In this document: one piece after another, positions 13,891 through 26,060 of the stretch
How the letters are laid out: each line of letters opens with the position of its first letter
Position numbering within the stretch: position 1 is the first letter of the stretch
Assembly: GCF_964194025.1 (NCBI RefSeq)
Contig: NC_134482.1
Span: 41,664,001-41,728,000 of the forward strand
Length of the DNA: 64,000 nt
Reading direction: 5' to 3'
Source: Convolutriloba macropyga
Lineage: Eukaryota
Made by a program: the position numbers and the translations under genes
The notes under the pieces: generated by a model
What the model saw: the letters and a program-made list of their open reading frames with translations, nothing else
Databases searched by the model: none
What the model was told of the DNA's origin: nothing

Positions 13891-15679
13891 GTGTGCACAT
13901 ACAGGCTTAAGCTTTTGAAAGACTCAACAATGGACGATGAATGAACAGATTTAGGTCAAATGAACAAAAATTTGATGTCATATTTGTAGATCGCAAAGTT
14001 ATGTGAAACTGATAACAAATTGCGCCCTTTTTTCCCAGTGGGGCGGGGGGTTGGGGGCTGAGGTTTGAGGGTATGGCAATTACGAACAAAATCAATGCAT
14101 CTAACTTGTGGGATTCGTTCAAGATTCAAGAAATACTTAATTTGGATTCAGAAACATTATTTCTTGTGGATTCTTGTGGAAAATTATTTCGGTTTTATGA
14201 TTTTCCAGAATTAGAGTGTCTTATAAAAGCTCACAGATTAATTAGTAGCGAATGATGAGCTGGTGCTCAGTTTTTTTCTGAATCACCTTTGGCGGTAGCT
14301 TGAGGATAGTAAGTCAGTACCTTTAATTAACATGAGACTTAATTAAATAGTGGGAAAAAAATTTTCCCAAAGTTCAATGTTGCTTAATTAATGACCAGTC
14401 AATACCGACCATTTCTCCTTCCTTGCTCTCTTGAGATCTATTTTCAGCACTGATAGAAGCGAAAGGTATGCGTTTGCATCTTGTGATCTTTTTTGCCCCC
14501 CCCCCCCCCCCCCCCAGGAACCCATTCTCCCGCCACTCACCCATGTATGCTATTTGTTATTTGCGACCCGCCGCCCCCAGCTGAGGTGACATTTTCATAA
14601 TGATAAACTATCTACTGGAACGCGCTCTGCTACTTGAGGGTGCAAATGTATTTGGAGGAAGATAGGATTTGATATTTTTAGCTTTTTTGAATAAATGAAA
14701 CTTTATTGAATAAATTTAGAAAAAAAGTGTTGCTTCGCTCAGGTCGTAAATTTATATCAAAATTTCTCAGCTTTTTTCAGCGCAGATTTTGTAATCTAAA
14801 CGCGAAAACAATCAGTAAATGTATAAAAAAGGCTTTATTTCGTATTTGGTAATTAAATTGCATCATAACACTTTTGATAATGAGCAAAAAAAATTTTAAA
14901 AAATTGATTTGTACATATTCTGATAAATAATGTTGATTCTGCTCCCATTTTCTGCCATTTTTACAATCTTTGTGTAAATTGTTTCAATGTTAATATAATT
15001 AATTGTGTATACACTTTATCATTGTCGGATAAATTCTACTTTCTTTGAATTTAAATGTTTTTTTTTCTAACGCGTGAAAGCTGGGAAGAGTTCAAATATT
15101 GTGGAAATGAGGCAAAAGTCTCTATCGCTCAATTGTCTCTCTTTGGTGACGGCGTTTATAAAGGATTGAATTTTCAATCGAATTTGACGTCGAGTCAATT
15201 TGATATTTGGCAAGTCTAATTACAATTCCGACATCGGTGTACTGTTTCGGAACTTTTCTTATTTCATATTTCACTTTTTTTCACATTTTTACAATTCTGA
15301 GCCTCGTGAAAATTAAAATCTGAAATAGGTCCAAAGAGGTTGGCAAAAAGTCAAAACTATTCCATCAATTATACCTAAATTATTCTTTTATTAATCTGTT
15401 TAATCCTTACTAGACCAATTATTTCACAAAAGGTGACTCACAAGTGGTCATATTCTTAATAAACAAGGACACTAACGCCGAAATTGAAATATGGCTACAT
15501 TGATCAATGGACAGAGGAAAAGATCATGATTTCGCCTCATGATCTTTCTCTGTCATTTATTCACTAAGAAAAACTATTGTTGTGGTTATCATAAAAATAT
15601 TGTGTACACTCTATTTCAATTTGGACAAGAGAAAGAAAAAAACACGAACTAAAAACGGAATGAGTTATTACGTATCCCG

Positions 15680-18630
15680 CTTCTTGGCACCTTCTGGCAA
15701 CCGAGCTCAAATTGAAGTTTTGCTGGCCTCCAGTTAGCCCTAGTCAATTTGGAATAGTTATCTTGCAATATTATGCAAGTCTTGCACGATTTCTGTCAGA
15801 ATCTTGCAAGATAACCATTCATTCTGCCAGAATCATGCAAGACAAACATTTATTCTGACAGAATAATGCAAGACAACCAACTTTCCGCCAAAATCTTTCA
15901 AGATAACCCCTTTTTCAGCCAGTTTCTCGAAAGATAACCAGTTTCTGTCTGAATCATACAACAAATGCTTTACACTAAATGTCCCTGGTTGACTTTTTGT
16001 CGCCCGTGTAAAAAAATTAGTCTACTACTGACTTAAGATACAAATTTTTAAGAGAAACTTTACTTTGATAACTGATTTTAAAATTGAGCTGCTGTAGCAG
16101 AAAATATTGAAAATACAAAGGTGTACTTTTTACGTGGTGGTAAATTTTTTTTTCAATTTTAAGTAACCTTAAAGTTTTGAAATTGAAATAATGAAAGCTG
16201 ACCTACTGAGTTTCAACTAATTCAATCAGAGAATAATGTTAAAGAAAGTGAATGAAATCCATCAATCAAAACGCAGCTCGACCAGAACGAATGCTTTGTC
16301 TTAGCAAATATCCTACAATATAACCATTTTCTGACAGGTCTTGTATGATAACCATTTATCTGTCAGACCTTGCAAGATAATCATATTTCCTGCCAGACCT
16401 TGAAAGATAACCAATTTTCTGCCAGATCTTGCAAGATAATCATTTCTTGAAAAAATCCACCAAGTCTTGAAAGATAAACAACCACAGAAATTTCAGCAAC
16501 GAATGAAACTTTCAGGATGCATAATTTCTTATTTGTTGTTCTTATTTGCAATTTCTTCTCATTTTCTTACAGCAAATCTTTTTTTAAGAAAAAAGGGAGG
16601 GAGAAACACCATGCTCAATATACCAGGACAAACACCGCGGACGGACGGCATGACTTGTAGTATTTTTTACCGAGATCACGGATCAATTTAAAAAAGAGTT
16701 TATAAGTCAAGTTGAATTCGGTAATCAAGCAAGTGCACAAAAATTTTTTGGCATTTTATATTCCACAGATATGAAATACTACGGAATGATAACGGAAAAA
16801 GTATAAAACGGAAAAAGTACAAAAAAGTAAAAAAGAAAATATGCGCATTGAATATTTTCTATGTCGCTAACAATCCAAGTCGATAGTCGACACAGGTTAC
16901 ATTGGAGTCTTGTTGCTAATATTTGCCACGCAGCGGAAAAGCTCATCCAAATTCTTTATTGCATCTTTTAGAAAGGCAGAGGCTAACGGAATCAATTCGG
17001 GCTATTTCCGCATTGTGTTCATTTTTGTCGATTTTGCTCTACGCTTTTGTTTTGTCTGATCGACTTGACTTTTCATCATCAAAAATGGTATAAACTGACA
17101 AATTTCTAGGGTAACGTGTCGATTCGTTTTATCCAGCTCTACTATAAGCCTGTACCTTCTTGGCACCTTCTGGCAACCGAGCTCAAATTGAATTTTTGCT
17201 GGCCTCCAGTTAGCCCCAGTCAATTTGGAATAGTTATCTTGCAATATTATGCATAGTCTTGCACGATTTCTGTCAGAATCTTGCAAGATAACCATTCATT
17301 CTGCCAGAATCATGCAAGACAAACATTTATTCTGACAGAATAATGCAAGACAACCAACTTTCCGCCATAATCTTTCAAGATAACCCCTTTTTCAGCCAGT
17401 TTCTCGAAAGATAACCAGTTTCTGTCTGAATCATACAACAAATGCTTTACACTAAATGTCCCTGGTTGACTTTTTGTCGCCCGTGTAAAAAAATTAGTCT
17501 ACTACTGACTTAAGATACAAATTTTTAAGAGAAACTTTACTTTGATAACTGATTTTAAAATTGAGCTGCTGTAGCAGAAAATATTGAAAATACAAAGGTG
17601 TACTTTTTACGTGGTGGTAAATTTTTTTTTCAATTTTAAGTAACCTTAAAGTTTTGAAATTGAAATAATGAAAGCTGACCTACTGAGTTTCAACTAATTC
17701 AATCAGAGAATAATGTTAAAGAATGTGAATGAAATCCATCAATCAAAACGCAGCTCGACCAGAACGAATGCTTTGTCTTAGCAAATATCCTACAATATAA
17801 CCATTTTCTGACAGGTCTTGTATGATAACCATTTATCTGTCAGACCTTGCAAGATAATCATATTTCCTGCCAGACCTTGAAAGATAACCTATTTTCTGCC
17901 AGATCTTGCAAGAAAACCATTTCTTGAAAAAATCCACCAAGTCTTGCAAGATAAACAACCACAGAAATTTCAGCAACGAATGAAACTTTCAGGGTGCATA
18001 ATTTCTTTTTTTTTGTTCTTATTTGCAAATTCTTCTCATTTTCTTACAGCAAATTTTTTTTAAGAAAAAAGGGAGGGAGAAACACCATGCTCAATATACC
18101 AGGACAAACACCGCGGACGGACGGCATGACTTGTAGTATTTTTTACCGAGAACACGGATCAATTTAAAAAAGAGTTTATATGTCAAGTTGAATTCGGTAA
18201 TCAAGCAAGTGCACAAAAAATTTTTGGCATTTTATATTCCACAGATATGAAATACTACGGAATGATAACGGAAAAAGTACAAAACGGAAAAAGTACAAAA
18301 AAGTAAAAAAGAAAATATGCGCATTGAATATTTTCTATGTCGCTAACAATCCAAGTCGATAGTCGACACAGGTTACATTGGAGTCTTGTTGCTAATATTT
18401 GCCACGCAGCGGAAAAGCTCATCCAAATTATTTATTGCATCTTTTAGAAAGGCAGAGGCTAACGGAATCAATTCGGGCTATTTCCGCATTGTGTTCATTT
18501 TTGTCGATTTTGCTCTACGCTTTTGTTTTGTCTGATCGACTTGACTTTCATCATCAAAAATTGTATAAACTGACAAATTTCTAGGGTAACGTGTCGATTC
18601 GTTTTATCCAGCTCTACTATAAGCCTGTAC
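15680..18630. repeat. Near-identical tandem duplication, ~1476-bp unit x2, containing TCTTGCAAGATAACCA subrepeat arrays (DNA-transposon subterminal-like)
   Basis: CTTCTTGGCACCTTCTGGCAACCGAG at 15680 and 17156; both copies end ...AAGCCTGTAC. Confidence 0.92.
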
Positions 18631-21203
18631 ACAACGGCTGTACACAACATAACTGAATTTCACTGCTGTCAAGACGAGCTTGAAAGCTTGGTACCATCTC
18701 CACCCCACCACTTTTTTTTTAGTTATCAGTCCAAAAAATGTTAAAATCTGTTAAAATTGATTTAGAAGTTAGATGCTCTCGCTTTACCAGTATTTTTGCA
18801 CTGCACTTTTCCATTTATTTCAAGATGCCCCCGTTAAATACTATTTTCCTACACCGCCACGTGTTATTTTCTAGATATTTTTACAAATTGATAATATATC
18901 GTCCCCTGTCTTTGTCTGACTATTCTAAAAGCCAGCTTAAGACAAACAAGCAAAATAAGATTGAAACTGTTGTTGCAGCTAAGCATTATCTTAATACTGT
19001 TATGATCTCATGGTTTTTCTTTGATAATTCGCATTCGGCTATGACAGGGAACCTAATTGTCTTCTTATCAAGAAAATGTGAAAAAAAGAAGTTTAAGTGA
19101 AGTCATGTTTTTACACGATGGATGACGCTTAATATAGCCATGTAGGAACAATTTTGCGGAAAAACTTCAACCCTGAGATTTTTGTTACAGAAAAACAATT
19201 ATACAATCCTTTTTTAATAATCAGAAGCTAATGCGTCCATCGCAATTCAGCAATTCACATAAAACCTTGATGTACTCAATCGAGATTGAGTAGGGGGATC
19301 TCTAGGAGCGCGTGCCCAATTCTAAGCCTACCTGCTTCTTTAGCTCTTGAAGGCGGGATTTTATTAACTATAGCGTAGTTTAAACAAATTTAATCTTGGT
19401 TTTGATCAACGTCCATAAAAAATTAAATCAACCCGTCAAGGTCCGATGATAACAATAGCTGAACACAACTTTACTGCGCAACGCCAATTTTCCACTTTTC
19501 TGCATTAAACACGTAGAGGTTAAACTGAATTCTTTTATTTGGATATTTGTCTGAGGAAATACACTTTACCTTGATTGTTTGTTCTCGCGACAAGAGTTCA
19601 CAAGATTGCATATTGCAAATGAACTGCAGTTGTTCAGACAATCTTTTCCACAATACTGAAAAAAAATATCGCGCAGTTCAATGAAATGACACGTCAAACA
19701 AATCTGTTAAATTAGTGTGTTTATATATAAACAAAAGTTTAGAAACAATTATGAACTACAGCACTATATTTAGAGATTATGTATGAACTCGGCGCAGTTT
19801 TATGATAAATATTTTACAGTTATTGAACTTTCTATAAAATATTTCCAGATATTTATACTTATTCACCTGTTAAATCTGTATCAACAATATATGTACTGAT
19901 TATGAAAAAGCTAGTAATAAACAGTAATTGAAATGTTTTCATGCAACTACTAAGACTCATTTTAAAATATTTGTTTTTCTTATAGTTCTTCGTCATACAT
20001 GCGAGTGACAAGAGATCATCAGAATGTTGTATGCCGAAATTCGACAATATAGCGGATTCGTGGGTCAAAAGTAAACACTGAACACGGTTGACGAGATGTT
20101 TGGTTGTTTAGGTACTTGCGTTGCCGTTTCCGGATCAAAAGTATACTGAAACTCATGATCTAAACGTCTCCACCTCTACGAGTTCGAAGAATTGTCGAAG
20201 TTGGCGTAGTATTTAGGACCGACTTAATCATCCGCTTAATCGTGCATTACATTGTGAATTTTAATTGTCGGCTTGTGCATTGTTGACGAAGCGTATATGA
20301 AGGGACAAGATTGGAAGCATGAGGTACAATTTCTGGTGCTGGCGCTGCTATTTTATGAGGAGGAGCATTGCAGTGCGGATAAATTGGGCTTTATGCTGAT
20401 AATTGACTGATTCGAGGAAATACGGCTTCGTGGCTGCTATTTTTTCTGATTCAAGTGTCCGTTTCACCTATGTTTCTCATGAAACATGTTGTGCGTATCT
20501 TTAGGAAGTGTTTTTTTTCTCTTCCTATGTCACAAATTTAGGGATATGGCTATAAATGTCTCCAACTGCGGCTTTCCGTGATTCTTGAGTCTTTCATGTC
20601 TTAGTGTTTAATTTTACGATAATTGAGCCAGGAGCAATTATTCCAAGCAAGCAATGAATAATCGTTTTTGGTTTTCCATTTCTATATTATTTTTGTATTA
20701 ATATCAGGTGCATAGATTTTTCAGCTAGTGGGCCTGGGCGGAAGACAACGTCTGACCTCAGAAGTTGTGTCTTGCTATCGATGCTCCTCTTCTAACTTTC
20801 AATCGGTTTTCGCGTTACTCTGAGCATCCCTTGCTCTGCTTCTACATCATTTTTGCTGTCATCAATTAAATTAAAATAGTGATTGTTTTTATTTTTGGAC
20901 AATAACTTTGATAGTTGAGGCGCAGCTCACGTTGTGCCAAAAAAGGTATGAGATTTTTGAGCAATCTGTGCTTCAAATGGCGAGAATTTGATTTCTTTGG
21001 TATACATAATTGCAGTTGTTTTATTACAGACTTCAAAAGGTGTTTCAAGAGAACCGATTTTTGCAGCTTCTTTATCATTTTTAACACATGCAAGCAGTGC
21101 ATGAAATTTTTTTAATAAGACGTTCTACTAAACCTGTCATACGGGATGGATATTATCATCAGAATATCCATTACCGTATTTTAGTTCAGATTTAATCATT
21201 TAA

Positions 21204-21919
21204 TCCATTTCAAGGGCAATCGCTATTAATTTAGTTCTTCATGTATTATCAGATTATTATTTCATGATTGTTCAGCCAGTTGGACCGGAAACTGTCTGTT
21301 CAAACTGTAAACAAACTCCTACTTCCTTCTTAAAGTATGAAAAAGCCCACAATTTTGTTAAAATCCTCTTGATCTAACTGAGATTTTTGTTACAGAAAAT
21401 ATACACAATCATTTTTCAATGGGCAGGAGCTGATAATTCCCTCGATCAGTAATAACTGCGATCATATTTGCCAATTTTATGCCCAGAACAGCGATTCACA
21501 CAAAACATTGATCTACTCAATTGGACTTTATTAGGTGATCTCTTGGTTCGGGCGCCATATTCCATTTCAAGGGCAATCGCTATTAATTTAGTTCTTCATG
21601 TATTATCAGATTATTATTTCATGATTGTTCAGCCAGTTGGACCGGAAACTGTCTGTTCAAACTGTAAACAAACTCCTACTTCCTTCTTAAAGTATGAAAA
21701 AGCCCACAATTTTGTTAAAATCCTCTTGATCTAACTGAGATTTTTGTTACAGAAAATATACACAATCATTTTTCAATGGGCAGGAGCTGATAATTCCCTC
21801 GATCAGTAATAACTGCGATCATATTTGCCAATTTTATGCCCAGAACAGCGATTCACACAAAACATTGATCTACTCAATTGGACTTTATTAGGTGATCTCT
21901 TGGTTCGGGCGCCATATTC
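21204..21919. repeat. Essentially exact tandem duplication, 357-bp unit x2
   Basis: TCCATTTCAAGGGCAATCGC at 21204 and 21561. Confidence 0.93.
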
Positions 21920-23360
21920 TAAGTTGATAGCCTACTAGTCGGGAGCCTACTAGTTGATTTCTTCTGGCAAAATACACTTTGCCGTGATAGTTTTTTCTCG
22001 ACACAAGAATTCGAAAAATTAGATGAAGCAAAAGAACTGCAAGTATTAGACAATCATTTTCGCAACACTAGAAAACACTAACGCACGGTTCAATGAAAAG
22101 AAACGTCAAAAAAATCTGGTAAATTAGTGTGTTTATATATAAACAAAACTTTGTAATCAATTAAGATCTGCGCAGTTTTAAGATTGATGTTGAACAGTCA
22201 TTGAACGTCCTATAAAACGTTTACAGATATTCCTATTTATTCACCGATTAAATATGTATCAACGATATATGTACTGATTACGAATAGCTATTTATAAATA
22301 ATAATTGAAAAGTTTCCATACAATTTACAAGAGTCACTTTAAAATCTGTCCTATTCATTCAATTCCGCCTCATATATTTGCTAGTGAAAAGAGATCATCA
22401 GTATGTTGTATGTCGAAATTCGACAATATAGCGGATTCGTGGGTCGAAAGTAAATACTGTGCCTACGATTGACGAGATGTTTGGTTGTTGAGGTACTTGC
22501 GTTGGTGTTTCTGGAACCAGTGTAGTCTTAAGCTCATGGTTTAAACGTTTCCTGCTCTAGTGTGTCGTTGGGGTTGAGAATCGCGTTTCTAGATTCCGAA
22601 GAACTGTCGAAGTTGCCGTATTATTTTAGACTCCGTCCAACTCTTCCACTTAATCGTGCACTCTTTTTGGATTTTACTGTTCAGGTGGTGCATTGTAGAC
22701 GAAGCGTAAATGAAGGGACAGAATTTGAAGCAGGAGGTACAATTTCGGATGCTGGTGCTGCTATTTAATGAGGAGAGCATCGCATTGCCGACAGATTTGG
22801 ATTTTTTGGCGATATTTGATCGATTCGAGGAAATACGATTTCCTGGCTCCTGTTTTTTTCTTGTTCAATTGTCCGTTTCAGCTATGCTCTTCATGAAACA
22901 GGTAGTGCGTATCGATAGGTGTTTTTCTCACATATTGAGGGATATGACTATAAATGTCATCTATATATCCAACTACAGCTTTCCGTGATTCGTGAATCTT
23001 TCAAGTTTTAGAGTTTAATTTTACGATAATTGAGCCAGAAGCCATTATTTCATACAATCCTTGCGTATATTTTTTCGGTGTTCCATTCCCATGTTATTTT
23101 TTGATCAATTTTAAGTGAAGAGTTTCTTCAGCAAGTGGGTTTGGGCGGAAGACAATGTAATTTGGACTTGATATCGACGCTCCTCTTCTAATTTTCATTC
23201 GCTTCTCGAGTATCTCTGAGCATCCCTTGCTCCATTTTTACATCACTTTTGCTGCCATCAATTCAATTGAAATAGTGATTGCTTATGTTTTTGTACAATA
23301 AGTTTGATAGTTGACGCGTAGTACGGATTATGCTAAGCAAGGTATTAGATATTTGAGCAA

Positions 23361-23913
23361 TATTCGAGCCAGATAATGTCTAAAACTCGAACTACAGGAA
23401 AACGATAAAAAAAAACAATCTTTATTCAAGATAACAATACGTATTTTTCAACGATAAGCTCTTATTCGACCACACACAACAATCCTCACGTTCGTACACA
23501 TAAGATATCTAAAGTAACATTGGCGGCAAAACGGGTAGACAGGACCTGTTAGCCTTTTGTTAGCCACTAGAGGTCAATTCAGCTCATGTGTGACGTAATT
23601 TGGCCTTGCTTTGGTCTTAAAGTTAAACCATTCAATGCGTTTTGTTACTCTAATAATTTTTTATCCAAGTCATCTTAGTCTAAATCAGGCTAGTTTAGCT
23701 TAAAACCGCCCTCAAAAGGTTCATTGCTCAAGGCACCTGTATTAGAATACGGATTTTGCTTCGTAGGGTTCGACATGGTGGGGGCTCGAACCACCGATCC
23801 TTAGATTGAGAGTACAGTGCTATACTAACTGCGGTATGGTTGCTTGTATTGTTACACATACAATTACAATTTAAAGCCATTCACATTTCTCGCTTACATT
23901 TGTGTTCACAACA
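23361..23913 (-). mobile_element. Solo LTR (553 bp), probably of a related BEL/Pao family
   Basis: Flanked by AGCAA direct repeat (23356-23360, 23914-23918); absent from the paralogous site (single AGCAA at 20960-20964); minus strand starts TGTTGTGAACACAAATGTAAGCGAGAAATG, resembling the neighbouring LTR start TGTTGCTGACGCAATTGCGTGTAAGCGTAAATG, and ends GAATA (likely mutated CA). Confidence 0.8.
23770..23843 (-). ncRNA. Degenerate tRNA-like sequence (Lys-CTT-like) inside the solo LTR
   Basis: Minus strand GCAACCATACCGCAGTTAGTATAGCACTGTACTCTCAATCTAAGGATCGGTGGTTCGAGCCCCCACCATGTCG: B box GGTTCGAGCCC, anticodon-region ACTCTCAATCT close to tRNA-Lys ACTCTTAATCT; stems poorly paired. Confidence 0.6.
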
Positions 23914-24212
23914 AGCAATCTGTGCTTCGAACGGCGAGAAATTTGATGTCATTTGTCTGCATAATTGCAGTTTATTTATTACAGACTTCAAAGCGTGTTT
24001 CAAGAGATCCAATTTTTGCAGCTTCTTTATCATTTTTAACACATGCAAGCAGTGCATACATTTTTTGAAAAAGACGTTCTACTAAACCTATTCCATAATT
24101 ATCATTAACAAGAGCTACTATGACAATTGAAGTTTCTTGCTGGCAAAAGATTTTAACTGATTAACGATGAGCATTTATGCTTGGTCTAGAGCAATTGTAA
24201 AACAAACGGCAT

Positions 24213-24746
24213 TGTTGCTGACGCAATTGCGTGTAAGCGTAAATGAAAGAGCATATTAATTGTGCGTTCGCACAGATTGTTCCAACTGGGAAATAGCCTA
24301 ATGGTTAGGACCTAGGGCCCTTAATCTAGAGGTTGCGGTTCGAATCCCGGTGGGACCAAATCTCTTTTTTTTGATATAGATGTAATCCAGAGGTCAAATT
24401 AATAGCATTTTTGACCTATTCCGACCTTGAAAAGAGCATCAATTACGTTTGGCCAACAACCTTGCTAGTTGTCTGATGTAAATCTTACGTACGTTTTTCT
24501 CTTACGTTGAGTCTTATCAGTCTTATCAGTCTTATAGGTGTTGAGTCTTATACGTTGAATCTTATACGTTGTGAAATACAAAAAATTTGGATTTCCTGTA
24601 CCGAAACAGGATTTTGCTTGCTATATCGACTTTGTACCGATACGTTGCTGATCTCAAGAAATTAAGTCTTGAATTCTTTTTAGTTTTTTTTTATAAAGAC
24701 TTCGATTATTGATCCTTTTTGAAAGTTATCGCAACGAGAGCGGACA
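24213..24746 (+). repeat. 5' LTR (534 bp)
   Basis: TGTTGCTG...CGGACA; differs from the 3' LTR by about 4 substitutions and a 2-bp T-run indel by eye. Confidence 0.97.
24287..24372 (+). ncRNA. tRNA-like Pol III cassette within the 5' LTR
   Basis: A box TAGCCTAATGG (24294), B box GGTTCGAATCC (24337), anticodon-like stem CTAGG/TCTAG with loop containing CTT, 3' end GGTGGGACCA (24358), T8 run at 24365-24372; acceptor and T stems imperfect, so not a canonical tRNA. Confidence 0.8.
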
Positions 24747-24749
24747 TTT

Positions 24750-24763
24750 TGGTCCACCGAGAG
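24750..24763 (+). promoter_or_regulatory. Primer binding site TGGTCCACCGAGAG
   Basis: Begins with TGG 3 nt after the 5' LTR end. Confidence 0.85.
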
Positions 24764-25415
24764 AAAAAATCAGGGAGCACAACAACAACTGGACTTTTGA
24801 ACACTTGTGAAGAGTCGGCTTCCCAGCCCAAAAAGTGAGAGAGGTGGTTTCAGTCAACATTTTTACATGCAAATCGGGTGACTGGAACATCCTGACGTGG
24901 TCTTCGGGGCAGTGCAACCGAGCATCACAAAAACTGTAAGACCGAGACAATTTGGGTTAGAAAAAGACGGATTTCACCAGAAAAGGCGAGTGTGACCGAA
25001 AATTGACGAAAAAACTCGTAAAAACTTAAAAAAAAACTGGTTATATTCGAAAAAATTAAACTCACTCGTAACTGATAAATTGATATTGGTCGAACGTAAC
25101 GAAGGTGTAGGAACTTGAAAAACCAGCTTTCAAAAAAATTCGATAAATTTATCGAATTTTTTTGCTATTTTTAGGTCGAAAATTTGAAAAATCAAAAATT
25201 TGGTCAAATTTTTGATAAACTGGTAAATTATTGTTCAGTGTAGTTGGGGTAACAGTATAATACAGGTATTCAACAAAAAATTTGAATTTTGACCAAATTT
25301 TTGAAAATTGTCGATTTTACCGATTTTTGAGAAAAATTCTCAAAAAAACATCAAAAAACAAGAAAGGTTCGTAGTTTTTTGTCCCGATACGGTAAATACA
25401 CGGTGATGCGAGCTT

Positions 25416-26039
25416 ATGGTATTCATTTTGGGTGCTAGTTCGCTGTTCCACGCCATCAATAGTCTACCAAAAGGCACCCAAAAACGGTATAAAAGCACTG
25501 TAATTTCACTTCCGGGATTAAGCTTGAATCCTTTTGCTGTTAACGAAAGAAAAACGGTACAATATCAGTTGGATAACGTCTTCCGGCACAAAACTGATGT
25601 CATAATCTGGCACGACGCTATAAACAATTCGCTGACCTCTCACCGAACGAAAAATTTTCGAGCACTAGCGTTTTCCGAACTTTCTAAAGTTCTAGAAAGT
25701 TACCAAACTCGTTTGAAAGCTATAGTTTATTGCCAACGAAACGGAGCACCAAATATCTTTGGTTTTCTTAAGCAAACAGACGTTTTGACTATCCATGTAC
25801 TGATTGACCTAGTGTCAAAGCGGAAACAGAAAGATCCAAAATTAGTAAAAGAGTACTATCAATTGCACCAGAAAGTTCATTTAGAACTTAAATCGTTAAC
25901 ATTAATTTTAACGCATCAGGAATCACTTCGGCGTTTGCTTAAGAAAACTCGTCATAGCAAACTCAATAAACGACGCCGTAGAGCCAAAAAGAATAAGAAA
26001 CTCGCCGCTGAAGCGGCGTTAACTTCGAGTCTCCACTGA
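25416..26039 (+). CDS. Extra ORF in the retrotransposon leader, 207 aa, SGNH/GDSL-hydrolase-like fold with basic C-terminal tail
   Basis: Block-I-like VFILGASSL at the N-terminus, block-II-like SLPGL, block-III-like VIIWHDAINN, block-V-like YQLH, tail KLNKRRRRAKKNKK; intact ATG-to-stop. Confidence 0.6.
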   Translation: MVFILGASSLFHAINSLPKGTQKRYKSTVISLPGLSLNPFAVNERKTVQYQLDNVFRHKTDVIIWHDAINNSLTSHRTKNFRALAFSELSKVLESYQTRLKAIVYCQRNGAPNIFGFLKQTDVLTIHVLIDLVSKRKQKDPKLVKEYYQLHQKVHLELKSLTLILTHQESLRRLLKKTRHSKLNKRRRRAKKNKKLAAEAALTSSLH

Positions 26040-26060
26040 GTCCTATTTCTTTCCGGCTCG

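Larger units (their letters stand above)
19170..24090. repeat. Diverged segmental tandem duplication (~19170-21135 vs ~21735-24090); second copy interrupted by the solo LTR
   Basis: Colinear anchors, e.g. AATTCGACAATATAGCGGATTCGTGGGTC (~20038 and ~22417) and TTTTTGCAGCTTCTTTATCATTTTTAACACATGCAAGCAGTGCAT (~21058 and ~24013). Confidence 0.85.

Noticed and set aside
14448-14465. 18-nt microexon of the host gene (TTTTCAG|CACTGATAGAAGCGAAAG|GTATGC); similar candidates near 6604-6650 and 60123-60149
   Set aside because: Splice signals are plausible but phase 0 gives an immediate stop and there is no independent support
24287-24358. Functional translational tRNA gene
   Set aside because: Acceptor stem does not pair at canonical positions, T stem has mismatches and the anticodon loop is 8 nt; kept only as tRNA-like
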